This document shows positions 17,816-28,972 of a DNA stretch of 55,251 bases, one piece after another. The stretch is from Candidatus Omnitrophota bacterium. Lineage in GTDB: Bacteria; Omnitrophota; Gorgyraeia; Pluralincolimonadales; CAZUZR01. The translations under genes and the position numbers were made by a program. Within the stretch, counting starts at the first letter, position 1. Each line of letters begins with the position of its first letter. The DNA is taken from contig JBDRDF010000022.1 of the NCBI GenBank assembly GCA_043821025.1, positions 1-55,251 of the forward strand, in the 5' to 3' direction. Under the pieces are notes generated by a model. That model was given only the letters and a program-made list of their open reading frames with translations, searched no databases and had not been told where the DNA came from.

Positions 17816-17829
17816 AATAATTCCTTTTT

Positions 17830-18106
17830 TGGTGGACCTCAAGAGGACATCGAACCGTCGCTGAGGCCAAATCGACCGCTTCGCTAACGTAGGGGACTTG
17901 TCTCCCCTACAACCCCTTAGGTTCTCGTCCTAATTTAATGTCAATATTCCAAATGGTGGGCCTGAGAGGACTCGGCGCCCTTAAGCCGACTATCGTCGTC
18001 TTCGGGTCGGCCATCCGCTCGCTTCCGCTTCGCACCACTATCGTGGCGCTTGCTTTTCCTCTCATAGGGTCGGCGCTCGCTCCCTTCGAGTCCTTAGCTA
18101 CCACCA
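17830..18106 (-). repeat. Two tRNA-3'-end-linked structured repeats downstream of tRNA-Arg
   Basis: TGGTGGGCCTGAGAGGACTCG at 17954-17974 is identical to the tRNA 3' end (18137-18157). A degenerate copy lies at 17830-17856. Each heads a hairpin-rich unit. Confidence 0.75.
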
Positions 18107-18136
18107 AAATTTAACCCAATTAATCCTCAGAAATTT

Positions 18137-18213
18137 TGGTGGGCCTGAGAGGACTCGAACCTCCCGCACGCGGTTTAGGAAACCGCTGCTCTATCCTGAT
18201 GAGCTACAGGCCC
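18137..18213 (-). tRNA. tRNA-Arg (anticodon CCT)
   Basis: GGGCCTGTAGCTCATCAGGATAGAGCA-GCGGT-TTCCTAA-ACCGC-GTGCGGGAGGTTCGAGTCCTCTCAGGCCCACCA; cloverleaf with encoded CCA. Confidence 0.95.
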
Positions 18214-18318
18214 GATTAAATACAATTACTTAATTTTCAAAGAGTTACGAGAATCTGTATTTTTTTCCTTGGTCTCACTCTTTATCTCTAGTGTCCAAAT
18301 ATTGTCCATTTTTGGTTT

Positions 18319-18347
18319 ATTATAAGCTAAAGTAGTCAACATATCAA
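18319..18347 (-). promoter_or_regulatory. Sigma70 promoter for tRNA-Arg
   Basis: TTGATA-17 nt-TATAAT. Confidence 0.7.
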
Positions 18348-18445
18348 GGAAAATCCTAGAAGGGAATCTCAGTAGATTTTTATACTGACCCCTATCAACA
18401 AAAGGCGCGTTTTTTAGGTAGGTATCAAAATTATTTCATTTTTTC

Positions 18446-19069
18446 TTATTCGTAATTTTTCCTCAGACAAGGTGCAAGAAAATCTTTATCTAAAGGAATA
18501 AATTTATCACAGGCTCGGCGGATATGAAAACCTTTTGCGTCTTTGAAATGAGCGTTCTCGACATGCTTGCCCATATCCTTAACGCCCTCCACTGCTGCAA
18601 CGAAGTCAGCATCGCCAGTTACTAAGATGGCTGTATCATAGGCATTATTATAGGCGAGCCTCAACATATCGGCTGCTAAATTTATATCAATGCCTTTTTC
18701 GACAAAGGTGACAATAGTTTCTCCCATTTTCTCAATTATTATCTTCGCAATTTTTTCACCAAAGGTCTTAATGAGCTCCGTTTGATTTAATTTTACTACT
18801 CTCTTCTCAAGTCTCCCTAATTTTAATACAAAATATGGAAGGGTCTTTAAACTATCAAAAAATTTTTGTTGATCTTGGTAAATTTCGGGAAAAAATTTTT
18901 GATTAACAGGGACATTGTAATAATATGTCCTTATTAACTCTCTGTCGCCACAGAGAAGTTGAGCAAATTTTACGAAATCTATCTTTGTATTACCAATATA
19001 GTCTTTAAGGCCATGATAAAAGTTACTGCCATCAATAAAAATAGCTATTCTTTCTTTTTTGATTTCCAT
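18446..19069 (-). CDS. NYN-domain (LabA/DUF88, PIN fold) ribonuclease
   Basis: IFIDGSNFY, EKGID-L-D, LVTGDADF and G-V motifs. Confidence 0.9.
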   Translation of the reverse strand: MEIKKERIAIFIDGSNFYHGLKDYIGNTKIDFVKFAQLLCGDRELIRTYYYNVPVNQKFFPEIYQDQQKFFDSLKTLPYFVLKLGRLEKRVVKLNQTELIKTFGEKIAKIIIEKMGETIVTFVEKGIDINLAADMLRLAYNNAYDTAILVTGDADFVAAVEGVKDMGKHVENAHFKDAKGFHIRRACDKFIPLDKDFLAPCLRKNYE

Positions 19070-19081
19070 TGCCCCCTATGA

Positions 19082-19161
19082 AATAAAAACAGGGGGTTGA
19101 ACATGCAACCCCCTGGAGTTAATAACCCACCCTTGTAAAACAAGGATGGGGAGTTAATTCT
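19082..19161 (-). ncRNA. Candidate ~80-nt leader/antitoxin RNA: two (AUUAACUC + hairpin) units ending in a U-tract
   Basis: GGAGTTAAT repeats at 19115-19123 and 19150-19158. Hairpins at 19126-19150 and 19090-19115. The upstream promoter places the TSS at about 19161. Confidence 0.55.
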
Positions 19162-19167
19162 ATTATT

Positions 19168-19196
19168 AAAATAGCCAAAATTTTCGAAAATGTCAA
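19168..19196 (-). promoter_or_regulatory. Sigma70 promoter for the leader RNA + NYN gene
   Basis: TTGACA-17 nt-TATTTT. Confidence 0.65.
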
Positions 19197-19266
19197 GAAC
19201 TTTTTTCAATATAATTATACCACATTATTTTTCCAAATACAATTAATTTCGGTGTGAAAATCCACC

Positions 19267-19800
19267 TTAAAACTTTATTAAAGAAAAGACCTCGTGACCT
19301 TTTAGACGGCTGCGGCCGTTCAAAAGGGTCAGTTCAATTAAAAATGCGATTTCAACTACTTTGCCCTTTAATTGTTCGACAAGGCTGCAGACCGCGTTCA
19401 TAGTACCGCCAGTGGCTAATAGGTCATCTATTAATAAAACCCTGTCGTTGGGCTTAATCGCGTCTTTATGAATCTCTAAGGAGTCCTTTCCATATTCTAA
19501 TTCGTATTCTACCGCATGCGTTTCATAGGGGAGCTTCCCCTTCTTGCGCACCGGAACTATTCCTGCCCCTAATTTATAAGCGACAACCCCTCCTAAAATA
19601 AATCCCCTCGCTTCAATTGCCACAACCTTGTCTATTTTTTTGTCCTTATATCGCTCAACGATAAAGTCGACAGCGTTCTTAAATTTTCTTCCATCCTTTA
19701 AAAGCGTGGTAATATCCCTAAAGATAATACCCTTCTTCGGAAAGTCCGGAATGTCACGAATTGAATTTTTCAGTTCCTCTATCATTCTTTCATTTTTCAT
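19267..19800 (-). CDS. apt: Adenine phosphoribosyltransferase
   Basis: IPDFPK-GI-F-DIT, EARGF, LEYG and DDLLATGGT motifs. Confidence 0.95.
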   Translation of the reverse strand: MKNERMIEELKNSIRDIPDFPKKGIIFRDITTLLKDGRKFKNAVDFIVERYKDKKIDKVVAIEARGFILGGVVAYKLGAGIVPVRKKGKLPYETHAVEYELEYGKDSLEIHKDAIKPNDRVLLIDDLLATGGTMNAVCSLVEQLKGKVVEIAFLIELTLLNGRSRLKGHEVFSLIKF

Positions 19801-20609
19801 TCTCGAATGCCTTCTGCCCCTATATCTATTCTGAGTTTCTTAAGCGTTGCCTCTTCAATCTGCCTTACCCTTTCCCTCGTAATCTTAAAGCGTTTGGCAA
19901 CTTCCCGTAAAGTATGTATTACCTCATCCTTTAATCCGAATCTCATATTCAATATTTCCCGCTCTCTTTTATTCATCTTCTCTAATAATTTAGCGACCCT
20001 TTCCTCGCGAAGATAATTTGATAATTGTTCTGTTGGTGAAGGTGCGTTTACATCCTCTATTAAATCCATTACCATTCCGGTGTCACCTTTGCCGATCGGT
20101 GCTTCAAGAGATGTCGGTTGCGCCATTATTCTATCTATCTCCTCCACCTTCTTTATTGATATTCGCATCGCTTTGGCGATCTCTGCAGTCGTCGGTTTTC
20201 TATCAAATTTCTGCGACAACCTCTCGTGGGCCTTCCTCCATTTAGTGACCATTTCCATCATATACACGGGAATTCGAACTGTCTTTCCTTGATTAGCAAC
20301 TGCGCGCAGAATATATTGCTTAATCCACCATGCGGCGTAGGTTGAAAACCTGAATCCCCTTTTTGGATTATATTTTAACACGGCCTTCATAAGCCCCAGG
20401 TTCCCCTCTTCTATCAGATCGAGAAGCGGAACGCCAAAATGGCTATACTTTTTTGCTATGCTCACAACCAGGCGAAGGTTTGCTTGAACCATCTTTTTCT
20501 CCGCCTTAGCATCACCCTGCCTTACCTTTTTGGCTAATTCAACTTCTTCCTTAGCAGTTAATAGCGGTATCTTTTCTATATCCTTAAGATATGCTCTAAC
20601 AGGATCCAT
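19797..20609 (-). CDS. RpoD/RpoS-like sigma70 factor lacking region 1.1
   Basis: [28 protein letters not shown] and TRERVRQIE motifs. Confidence 0.9.
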   Translation of the reverse strand: MDPVRAYLKDIEKIPLLTAKEEVELAKKVRQGDAKAEKKMVQANLRLVVSIAKKYSHFGVPLLDLIEEGNLGLMKAVLKYNPKRGFRFSTYAAWWIKQYILRAVANQGKTVRIPVYMMEMVTKWRKAHERLSQKFDRKPTTAEIAKAMRISIKKVEEIDRIMAQPTSLEAPIGKGDTGMVMDLIEDVNAPSPTEQLSNYLREERVAKLLEKMNKREREILNMRFGLKDEVIHTLREVAKRFKITRERVRQIEEATLKKLRIDIGAEGIRE

Positions 20610-20613
20610 ATTC

Positions 20614-23373
20614 TTATGACTGTTTCTTATTATACTTTAATACTGCTTGGGCAGCGGCTAATCTTGCAATCGGTACTCTAAAAGGCGAGCAACTTACATA
20701 ATCCATGCCGACGCGATGACAGAATTCCACCGATCGCGGGTCACCGCCATGTTCTCCGCAAATGCCCACCTCGAGATCCTTACGAGTTTTTCTTCCGCGC
20801 TCAATGCCTATTTTAATAATCTCACCTATGCCTTCCTGGTCAATCGTCTGAAAAGGATCTTCAGGAAGTATTCCCTTTTTGATGTAATCGGGCAAGAATC
20901 CGCCGATGTCATCGCGTGAAAAACCGAATCCCATCTGGGTCATATCGTTGGTTCCGAATGAGAAAAATTCCGCTACCTCTGCCAGTTTGTCAGCCACGAT
21001 TGAAGCGCGAGGAATCTCAATCATTGTGCCGTACATGTATTTAATGCTTTTGAGATTATATTTAGCTAAAACTTCCTGATATATCTTATTAGAAATTTCC
21101 AGTTGATCTTTCAATTCTTTTACATCACAAACGACAGGCACCATTATCTCGGGATAAGGTTTTTTACCTTCTTTAATCAGCTCCGCAGCCGCTTCAAATA
21201 TCGCCCGTATCTGCATTGTGCTGACTTCGGGATAGGTAATTCCTAAACGGACTCCACGATGTCCCATCATCGGATTGGACTCATGAAGAGCATATGCTCG
21301 CTTCGCCAATTCCTCCAAAGTTATATTTAATTCTGCGGCGAGTTGTTTTAATTTAGCCTCCTCCTTGGGAACGAATTCGTGCAATGGGGGATCAATTAAG
21401 CGAATCACAACAGGAAAACCGTCCATTGCTTCGAGTGTTCCCTTGACGTCCTTTTTCACATATATAAATAATTCATCAAGCGCACTTTGTCTTTCTTCAA
21501 GCGTTTTAGACATAATCATCTTGCGCAATAGGAACAACGGTTCTTCCGAACCTTTGCCGTAGAACATATGTTCTGTCCTAAATAATCCGATGCCCTCAGC
21601 GCCGAATTGTCTTGCTTTTCTTGCATCTTCAGGGGTATCCGCATTGGTGCGGACACCGAGTTTTTTGATCGAATCGCAGATTTTCAAGAAATCCAAAAGA
21701 AGCTTATTTTCTTCTGAGGCATCTATCATGGAGAGTTTTCCTTCATAGACATTGCCTTTCGTGCCGTTTAGAGTAATCCAAGCACCTTCCTTGTATGTTT
21801 TGCCGTCCGCGATAAGTTCTTTTTTAGCATAATCGATATGTAAGGCTCCGCAGCCGACGATACAACATTTACCCCAGCCACGGGCAACCAGCGCTGCATG
21901 AGAGGTCATACCGCCTCGAGCGGTAAGGATTGCCTCAGCGGCGCGCATACCCTCGACGTCTTCCGGATTTGTCTCCTCGCGAACTAATATAACCTTCTTT
22001 CCTTGTTTTTTCCATTCGACAGCATCATTTGCAGAAAAGACAATCTGGCCGCATGCACCCCCGGGGCCCGCAGGTAAACCTTTCGCTAGAGGTTTGGTTG
22101 CCAATTCAACCTCTGGGTCGATTATGGGATGTAGCAATTCATCCAATTGACCGGGACCGACACGCATTACCGCTTCTTCTTTGCTTATCAGTTTCTCTTT
22201 CAACATATCCATTGCCATGCGCACCGCAGCAGGACCGTTACGTTTGCCCACACGACACTGGAGCATGAAAAGCCTGCCTTTTTCAATGGTGAACTCAATA
22301 TCCTGCATATCGCGATAATGTTTTTCCAGCCGAGCGCGGTAGTCAAGCAGTTCCTTATATATTTTTGACATCAGCTGCTCTAACGTAGAGAGGTTTTTAT
22401 TATGCTCTGATTTTGAATATTCATTAATTGGGGCGGGAGTACGAATGCCTGCAACGACATCTTCCCCTTGTGCATTGACCAAAAATTCGCCGTAAAATCC
22501 ATTTTCGCCATTTCCTGGATTACGGGTGAATCCCACGCCAGTTGCAGAATCATCTCCCATATTTCCGAAAACCATCGTCTGAACTGTAACCGCTGTTCCC
22601 CACTCGTCAGGGATGTGCTCTATCCGACGATAGCTAACAGAGCGTTTTCCCTGCCACGAAGCAAATACCGCGCCAATGCCTCCCCACAACTGTTGCATTG
22701 GGTCATCCGGAAATTCTTTCTTTAAGACCTCTTTTATTTTGGCTTTGAACAACGAACATAGCTCTTTTAGGTCATCAGCGGTTAAATCCGTATCGCTGGA
22801 ATAACCCCTCTGTTTCTTGGTGTTAGCCATAATTCTTTCGAGTTGTTTACGTATGCCTTCATTGTCCGGAGGTTCGATGCCTGCTGCTTTCTCCATTACG
22901 ACGTCGGAATACATCATAATAAGACGGCGATAAGCATCGTAAACGAAACGCGTATTTCCGCCACTTTGTCTGATTAATCCGGGTATCGTTTTTTCGGTCA
23001 AGCCAATATTTAAAACTGTTTCCATCATGCCGGGCATCGACCTTCTGGCGCCTGAACGCACAGAGACTAAAAGTGGCTTCTCGGGATCTCCGAATTTTCT
23101 ACCCATAAGTTTTTCTACCCGCTCCAGGGCTTTCTCTACATGTTCCTTAAGGCCCGGCGGATAGGTTCGTTTGTTTTTGTAATAGTGTGTGCAAACTTCA
23201 GTCGTAATCGTAAATCCAGGCGGAACGGGTAGCCTTAAATCCTTATGGCCTGCCATCTCGGCTAAGTTGGCGCCTTTCCCGCCTAAAAGGTTCTTCATAC
23301 CTTTGTTTCCATCGGCCTTCCCGCCGCCGAAGAAATATACGTACTTCTTAGATTTCTTTATCGTTGTTTTCAA
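20614..23373 (-). CDS. ppdK: Pyruvate, phosphate dikinase
   Basis: [26 protein letters not shown] and GICGEHGG motifs. Confidence 0.97.
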   Translation of the reverse strand: MKTTIKKSKKYVYFFGGGKADGNKGMKNLLGGKGANLAEMAGHKDLRLPVPPGFTITTEVCTHYYKNKRTYPPGLKEHVEKALERVEKLMGRKFGDPEKPLLVSVRSGARRSMPGMMETVLNIGLTEKTIPGLIRQSGGNTRFVYDAYRRLIMMYSDVVMEKAAGIEPPDNEGIRKQLERIMANTKKQRGYSSDTDLTADDLKELCSLFKAKIKEVLKKEFPDDPMQQLWGGIGAVFASWQGKRSVSYRRIEHIPDEWGTAVTVQTMVFGNMGDDSATGVGFTRNPGNGENGFYGEFLVNAQGEDVVAGIRTPAPINEYSKSEHNKNLSTLEQLMSKIYKELLDYRARLEKHYRDMQDIEFTIEKGRLFMLQCRVGKRNGPAAVRMAMDMLKEKLISKEEAVMRVGPGQLDELLHPIIDPEVELATKPLAKGLPAGPGGACGQIVFSANDAVEWKKQGKKVILVREETNPEDVEGMRAAEAILTARGGMTSHAALVARGWGKCCIVGCGALHIDYAKKELIADGKTYKEGAWITLNGTKGNVYEGKLSMIDASEENKLLLDFLKICDSIKKLGVRTNADTPEDARKARQFGAEGIGLFRTEHMFYGKGSEEPLFLLRKMIMSKTLEERQSALDELFIYVKKDVKGTLEAMDGFPVVIRLIDPPLHEFVPKEEAKLKQLAAELNITLEELAKRAYALHESNPMMGHRGVRLGITYPEVSTMQIRAIFEAAAELIKEGKKPYPEIMVPVVCDVKELKDQLEISNKIYQEVLAKYNLKSIKYMYGTMIEIPRASIVADKLAEVAEFFSFGTNDMTQMGFGFSRDDIGGFLPDYIKKGILPEDPFQTIDQEGIGEIIKIGIERGRKTRKDLEVGICGEHGGDPRSVEFCHRVGMDYVSCSPFRVPIARLAAAQAVLKYNKKQS

Positions 23374-25496
23374 TTGAATTTTATTTTAGATAGATCCGCC
23401 ACCTTATCAACGTAAATGGCATGTATTGCCCTCATAAGCGCAAGCCTATTTCTTCGTAGTCCGTCGTCCGACACGTTAACCTTGACCTTTTCAAAAAAGA
23501 CGTCGAGCGGTTTATAGAATGCCTCCGCATAAATTTTAGTTGCTTCTATATAATCGCCCTTGGTAATGGGCTCTTCTATTTTGTCTTTGTGTTTTTCGTA
23601 AATCTCCCAAAGCTCTTTTTCCAGCGGTTCCTTCAGATGGTCAACCTTTACTTTCCCGATGCTTTCTTTCGGGGCCTTTTCAATCTTTAATATATTAGCG
23701 GTCCTTTCAACGACCTTCGCTGCTTCCAAAAAATGTCTGGATTTTACTATGGACGACAAATCGTTTAGTTTTTTGTAAAGGCGATCAAACCTGTCGAACT
23801 CAGACTCCAAAATAGCATCTATAATATCACCTCTAAATTTTTTGTCTAGTAAAATATTCTTTAGCCTTTCCTTTTGAAAGGCGATAATTTGAAACTTGAC
23901 CGAACTTTTGTCGCACGCGATAGTATTGCCGTAACGACTAAATGTCCAATCTATCAGGTCATTAAATGAAATCGGATATTTTTTCTCTAATAGTATTTTC
24001 AATAGCCCCAGCGAAGCCCTGCGAATTCCATACGGGTCTTCGCTACCGGTTGGGATGAGCCCTATCGCAAAAAACCCTACAATAGCATCTATCTTATCCG
24101 CCATCGCTAAGAAGCTTCCGATATCCGTCGTCGGAAGGGTGCCTGTGGTTCCTTTTGGTAAATAATGTTCATATATAGCGTTGGCTATTTCCTTGTCTTC
24201 CCCCGCCTTTTTGGCATATTCCCTTCCAATAATTCCCTGAAGATCAGGATATTCCTTTACCATATAAGTTACGAGGTCGGCCTTTGATAGAAGTGCGGCT
24301 CTGCCTATTTTTTCTGTTGCTGTTCCTCGACCAGGGAAATCAAATGAATTCGCTATGTCGAGCGATAGTTTTTCAAGCCTCATAACGCGGTCATAAACCG
24401 TTCCTAATTTAGCCTGAAATACAAGCCCTTTCAGCGATTCAACTCTATCCTGAAGTGGAAGTTTTAGGTCTTCCTCCAAAAAGAAGATGCTATCTTTTAA
24501 CTTCGCATCCAAAATCGCTTCATATGTAGAACGGATCCCATCGATGTTCTTATGACTTGCGTTTATTATGGCTATGAAATACGCAAGCGCCTTTCCTTTT
24601 TTGTCTTTGACCAAAAATACCCTTTGATTCTTCGCCATAGAACTTTCAAGTATTTCAACCGGAAGTCTTAGATATTCCTTTTTGAACTTCCCGATAAAAC
24701 CGATCGGTGACTCAAGTAGATAAGTTACCGTGTTTATCAAATCTTCGTTGAAGTCATTTCCGGCACCTAATCTGCTTGTCGCATCTTTGAGTATCGTTGC
24801 AATTGCCTTTCGTCTTACATCCTGATTCAATACGGCTTTATATTTTTTGAATTTATTGAAATAATCTTTAATGGAATTTACCTTGACAGTCCGCATCGAA
24901 GGATTTAAATACCGCGGCAGGCGTGTCAAATTAGAAGATGTCAATTTACCCAGCTTAAAGTACATGACTTCCGAGTCATATAGTGACAATAGCCAGCGGA
25001 TTGGACGAGCAAAACGACTATCGCCCTTGCTCCATCTCATCGTTTTTGGAAACCTAACGGAAGCGATTATTCCTGGCAACAAAAGTGCAAGAACTGTTTT
25101 AGTTGCCTTGGATTCCTTTGGCCTTTCAATGAATAGGTACTTACCTTTTGGTGTAGTCTCAACTAAAATATCTTTTAGTTTTGCCCCTTTAGATTTTAAG
25201 AAACCTAAACATGCTTCAGTGGGTTTACCCTCTTTATCAAAGGCTATATCTTTCGATGGCCCCATTATTTTTTCGCGCTCAAATCCTTGCCTTGGGGCGA
25301 GGCCTTTAATGTAAATTATAAATCTATTTGGCGTAGCAAATACATTCGCTTGGTCGAACTTCAGGCGCGAATTCTTTAAAGACTCTTCTACCGAAGAGCG
25401 CAATTGAAGCAAAGCTTGTTCAATATAGTTCGAGGGTAATTCTTCAGCCCCTACCTCTAACAAGAAATCTTTAGTTTTTTTATCGTTGTATTTCAT
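23370..25496 (-). CDS. glyS: Glycine-tRNA ligase beta subunit
   Basis: LLE-G-EELP, F-RP-RW, KADL-T-MV-E-LQG and GS-DPY-RR motifs. Confidence 0.95.
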   Translation of the reverse strand: MKYNDKKTKDFLLEVGAEELPSNYIEQALLQLRSSVEESLKNSRLKFDQANVFATPNRFIIYIKGLAPRQGFEREKIMGPSKDIAFDKEGKPTEACLGFLKSKGAKLKDILVETTPKGKYLFIERPKESKATKTVLALLLPGIIASVRFPKTMRWSKGDSRFARPIRWLLSLYDSEVMYFKLGKLTSSNLTRLPRYLNPSMRTVKVNSIKDYFNKFKKYKAVLNQDVRRKAIATILKDATSRLGAGNDFNEDLINTVTYLLESPIGFIGKFKKEYLRLPVEILESSMAKNQRVFLVKDKKGKALAYFIAIINASHKNIDGIRSTYEAILDAKLKDSIFFLEEDLKLPLQDRVESLKGLVFQAKLGTVYDRVMRLEKLSLDIANSFDFPGRGTATEKIGRAALLSKADLVTYMVKEYPDLQGIIGREYAKKAGEDKEIANAIYEHYLPKGTTGTLPTTDIGSFLAMADKIDAIVGFFAIGLIPTGSEDPYGIRRASLGLLKILLEKKYPISFNDLIDWTFSRYGNTIACDKSSVKFQIIAFQKERLKNILLDKKFRGDIIDAILESEFDRFDRLYKKLNDLSSIVKSRHFLEAAKVVERTANILKIEKAPKESIGKVKVDHLKEPLEKELWEIYEKHKDKIEEPITKGDYIEATKIYAEAFYKPLDVFFEKVKVNVSDDGLRRNRLALMRAIHAIYVDKVADLSKIKFN

Positions 25497-26359
25497 TTTT
25501 CTTTATGCAAATTTTCCAAATAAAAAAGAGCGCACGATTTCGCTAATGCCCTAACTCGCGCTATGTAAGAAGGTCGCTCAGTTGTGCTTATAGCGCCCCT
25601 TGCATCCAACATATTGAAGGCATGCGATGTCTTCAATATGGCCTCGTAAGCAGGGATTAGCAACCTTTGGTCTAAAAGCCGCTTAGCTTCTTTTTCGTAG
25701 ACGGAAAAGAGCTCCATATACATCTTTGGATCGCTTACTTCGAAATTATATTTCGAGCATTCTTTTTCATCGGTTTTGTGAATGTCACCGTATGTGAGGT
25801 CTTCGGTCCATTTCAAATTATATAAATCGTACTCTCCTTGGATAAACATCGTTATCCTTTCGATGCCATACGTTATCTCGCAAGGAATTAAATCTAATTC
25901 TATTCCGCCGACCTGTTGAAAGTAGGTAAATTGCGTCACCTCTAAACTATCAAGCCATACCTCCCAACCAAGCCCTGAGGCCCCCAGCGTCGGCGATTCC
26001 CAGTCATCTTCAACAAACCTTAGGTCGTGTTTTTTTAAGTCGATGCCCAAGCTCTCGAGGCTTTTCAAATATACAGCTTGTACGTCATCCGCAGTCGGCT
26101 TTATTATGACTTGATATTGATAGTAATGCCCTGCCCTTAACGGATTTTCACCGTACCTGCCATCGGTCGGCCTTCGCGATGGCTGAACGTATGCCACCCG
26201 CCAAGGCTTTTTATCCAAGCATCTGAAAAACGTCAGAGGATGAAAAGTCCCTGCACCGACTTCCATATCGTAGGGCTGCGCGATAAGACAACCTTGCTTT
26301 ATCCAATATTTTTCCAAACCCATAATAACATCTTGAAAAGTCATCTTCCTTGTTTTCAT
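25493..26359 (-). CDS. glyQ: Glycine-tRNA ligase alpha subunit
   Basis: [22 protein letters not shown] and TQFTYFQQ motifs. Confidence 0.97.
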   Translation of the reverse strand: MKTRKMTFQDVIMGLEKYWIKQGCLIAQPYDMEVGAGTFHPLTFFRCLDKKPWRVAYVQPSRRPTDGRYGENPLRAGHYYQYQVIIKPTADDVQAVYLKSLESLGIDLKKHDLRFVEDDWESPTLGASGLGWEVWLDSLEVTQFTYFQQVGGIELDLIPCEITYGIERITMFIQGEYDLYNLKWTEDLTYGDIHKTDEKECSKYNFEVSDPKMYMELFSVYEKEAKRLLDQRLLIPAYEAILKTSHAFNMLDARGAISTTERPSYIARVRALAKSCALFYLENLHKEK

Positions 26360-27114
26360 TTTGTCAGCTTTTGAATATCCTTTATGAATTTTTTAGTTCT
26401 GAGCGGTTTTTCCAAGTGCGACTCCATTAGTTCATCTACAAGAACGTTTAACTCGCTTTCTATGGATTTCGATATTTTGAATTTCGGAAGAGAATTTAAG
26501 TTAGAGCTTTCGATATATTTAAGCGTTTCGACCGTTCCCCTGCTTATTGCCCGCGCATTAGAATCTTCCCTTAAGCAACGCTCACACAGCATTCCGCCGC
26601 GACGCAAACTGAACCTGGCCTCTTTAGAGATCCCCAAGCCGCAATTAATGCAGCTATTTAATGTCGGCGCAAATCCTAAAGAAGAAAGAAACCTCAATTC
26701 GAATATTCGGACTATCTTGTTCGGCTCTTCGCCGGCCGACAATAACTTAAACGACCTATAGAGCAACTCATATACTTGTAAATTTTTTTCGTTCGGCTCC
26801 GTCAGCGTATCGACTAATTCTGCCAAATAGCTTGCAAACGCAATTGCCTTTAAGCTCTTTCTGATTCCAAAGAACCCCTCTATCAAATCGCATTGAGTTA
26901 TGTTATTAAATTCGCCTTTCGATTTCTCGTAGAAGACGATCTTATTTAGACCGAATAACTCAGCGGAACTGCCATATCTGGTCTTTTCTGCTCTAATGCC
27001 TTTTAATATTCCCTTTACCTTGCCAAAATCTCTCGAATAAAAAGTCGCTAATATGCTCGTCTCTCTAAAATCCCTTCGATTTAAGACGATGGCCTCGGTA
27101 CTTTGAATTGCCAT
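26356..27114 (-). CDS. recO: DNA repair protein RecO
   Basis: N-terminal OB fold, C-C...GG-C-C Zn finger, position upstream of glyQ. Confidence 0.9.
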   Translation of the reverse strand: MAIQSTEAIVLNRRDFRETSILATFYSRDFGKVKGILKGIRAEKTRYGSSAELFGLNKIVFYEKSKGEFNNITQCDLIEGFFGIRKSLKAIAFASYLAELVDTLTEPNEKNLQVYELLYRSFKLLSAGEEPNKIVRIFELRFLSSLGFAPTLNSCINCGLGISKEARFSLRRGGMLCERCLREDSNARAISRGTVETLKYIESSNLNSLPKFKISKSIESELNVLVDELMESHLEKPLRTKKFIKDIQKLTK

Positions 27115-27133
27115 TTTATTGCCGCATGGCAGG

Positions 27134-27778
27134 TCAAACAGGCTCTTGTTTCTTTATGCTGATACTTTCAGGTAACGAGACGATGCCCCCTGAAATCACC
27201 AACTTCATGCCATCCGCAATACTCATATCTAAATTGATCAATTCCTTTTCCGGAACCAAAAGAAGATATCCCGAAGTCGGATTTGGCGTTGTAGGAATAA
27301 AGACATTAATAACTTTCTCTTCCGTCTTGTCTTGGATCTCGCCCTTTCCTTCCGAAGTAACAAACCCTATTGAATAAATTCCTTTACGCGGAAATTCAAC
27401 AAGCACAACCCTTGTGAATATCCCTTTCGATTGCCCCAGGAACGCACGACTCATATCTTTTGTAACGCTATATATCTTGCCAGCCATTGGTACTCGATAA
27501 AATAATTTCTCCCAATGCGAGAAAAATTTTCTGAGCACCAAAACCCTTGTTCCGAAACCTATAAGGGCTATAATAAGAATAAGGACTATAAAAAGAATTA
27601 TTCTAGCAAGGTATTCAAAAGCCGTATCTCCCAAAAACGGCCTTAGGGTTTTCATTAAAGGCTCGAGCACGACCAAATTTGTTTTTATAATAATGAGCCT
27701 TACAAACCAGACGGTGATGACCAGTGGGAAAAGGACTGCCAAACCTGTAATGAAATTTTTTCTTATTCCTGCAAACAT
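27134..27778 (-). CDS. DUF502 membrane protein
   Basis: F-TGL-P-T, VEFPR-G and FIPTTPNPTSG motifs. Confidence 0.88.
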   Translation of the reverse strand: MFAGIRKNFITGLAVLFPLVITVWFVRLIIIKTNLVVLEPLMKTLRPFLGDTAFEYLARIILFIVLILIIALIGFGTRVLVLRKFFSHWEKLFYRVPMAGKIYSVTKDMSRAFLGQSKGIFTRVVLVEFPRKGIYSIGFVTSEGKGEIQDKTEEKVINVFIPTTPNPTSGYLLLVPEKELINLDMSIADGMKLVISGGIVSLPESISIKKQEPV

Positions 27779-27797
27779 AGTCCCAATCTAATTGACG

Positions 27798-28496
27798 TTA
27801 TAAAAGTTGAAATACCAGCGTAGTTATCAAAACCCCAATGACAGAACCGACGACAACCTCCCAAGCGCGATGAAGACCTTTTCTAATCCTTGACCTCGCA
27901 AGGAGCGCCGCCATTATGAAAACCAAAATGCCTATTATGATATTGTTGGTTAAAAAAATCGTCGTCGTCCAGATCGAAAAACCCAATGCCGCATGACCGC
28001 TGGGCATGCCGCCTCGTAGCGGTGTCCCTTTGTGAAAGATAACCTTTAACGTTATTACTAAGGCGAAGATTAAAATTAGCGTTATAAAAGTAATGTGCCA
28101 AGGAGATTGCCGTATTTTTAAAAGGCCATCGGATAATTTAAGCATTTCGGTAGATTTAAAGAATACAAGATATCCGACGATAACCGCATATATAACCGAT
28201 ACAAAAACACACGCTGCCGCTATATCCTTTGCCATCTTCGCCATATGGTGGAATTCCTTGGTAAAAATATCTACCGCCAACTCAATGGAGGTGTTGAACA
28301 TTTCCGCAACGAACACAAAAGTTATCGCGCTCAAAAGCAACATGAGGTCGACCCTATCGAGATTTAAATATATTCCGAGGATAATCACCCCTATGCCCAC
28401 TACGAAATGAATTCGCATATTCCTTTGGGTTTTAAGGGTATGTATTAACCCCTCGATAGCATAGTTAAAAGACTCAACCAGGCCACGTTTTTTCAC
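27798..28496 (-). CDS. dgkA: Diacylglycerol/undecaprenol kinase fused to a PAP2 phosphatase domain
   Basis: SF-YA-G, QRNMRIH, E-FNT-IE and AKD-AA motifs; C-terminal MPSGHAA and SR-H. Confidence 0.85.
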   Translation of the reverse strand: MKKRGLVESFNYAIEGLIHTLKTQRNMRIHFVVGIGVIILGIYLNLDRVDLMLLLSAITFVFVAEMFNTSIELAVDIFTKEFHHMAKMAKDIAAACVFVSVIYAVIVGYLVFFKSTEMLKLSDGLLKIRQSPWHITFITLILIFALVITLKVIFHKGTPLRGGMPSGHAALGFSIWTTTIFLTNNIIIGILVFIMAALLARSRIRKGLHRAWEVVVGSVIGVLITTLVFQLL

Positions 28497-28972
28497 AGGC
28501 GCCTTAAGATATCCTCCTCCATTCTTAGCATCTTTTTTCTCTCTAAGGCAGTCGTGTCCTTAAAGCCTAAAAGATGAAGTATTCCATGTATAATATATAA
28601 AGACATTTCTTTTTTTACGTTAGCGCTATACAATTTTGCATTCCTTTTAGCCATATCTACAGAAATTACTACGTCTCCCAAGAGTTCTGGATTAAGCTGT
28701 CCATCGACGCCCTCGCGCATCGGAAACGCCAAACAATCTGTGGCTCGATCGATTTTTCTATATTTCCAATTTAATCTTCGCATCACCCCATCGTTTACAA
28801 AAACTAAACCGACCCTCGAATTGCTCTCTTTGAATAGAGATAATGTTTTCCTAACCAACTTTTTTATCTCATTTTTAGACAGCGGCAACATTACACCCTC
28901 GCTAATTATTGATACCCGCTCGCCTTTAGCCTTCCGTTTTTTCCTTTTCGGATGGGTACTCGATCCTCGCAT
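28493..28972 (-). CDS. ybeY: rRNA maturation RNase YbeY (start uncertain)
   Basis: LN-YR-D-TD-L-F, LGDVVIS and HGILHLLG-D motifs. Confidence 0.9.
   Translation of the reverse strand: MRGSSTHPKRKKRKAKGERVSIISEGVMLPLSKNEIKKLVRKTLSLFKESNSRVGLVFVNDGVMRRLNWKYRKIDRATDCLAFPMREGVDGQLNPELLGDVVISVDMAKRNAKLYSANVKKEMSLYIIHGILHLLGFKDTTALERKKMLRMEEDILRRL

Noticed and set aside
17907-18107. 66-aa minus-strand ORF in the ORF track
   Set aside because: Lies entirely within the tRNA-linked palindromic repeat; no RBS and no protein-like features.
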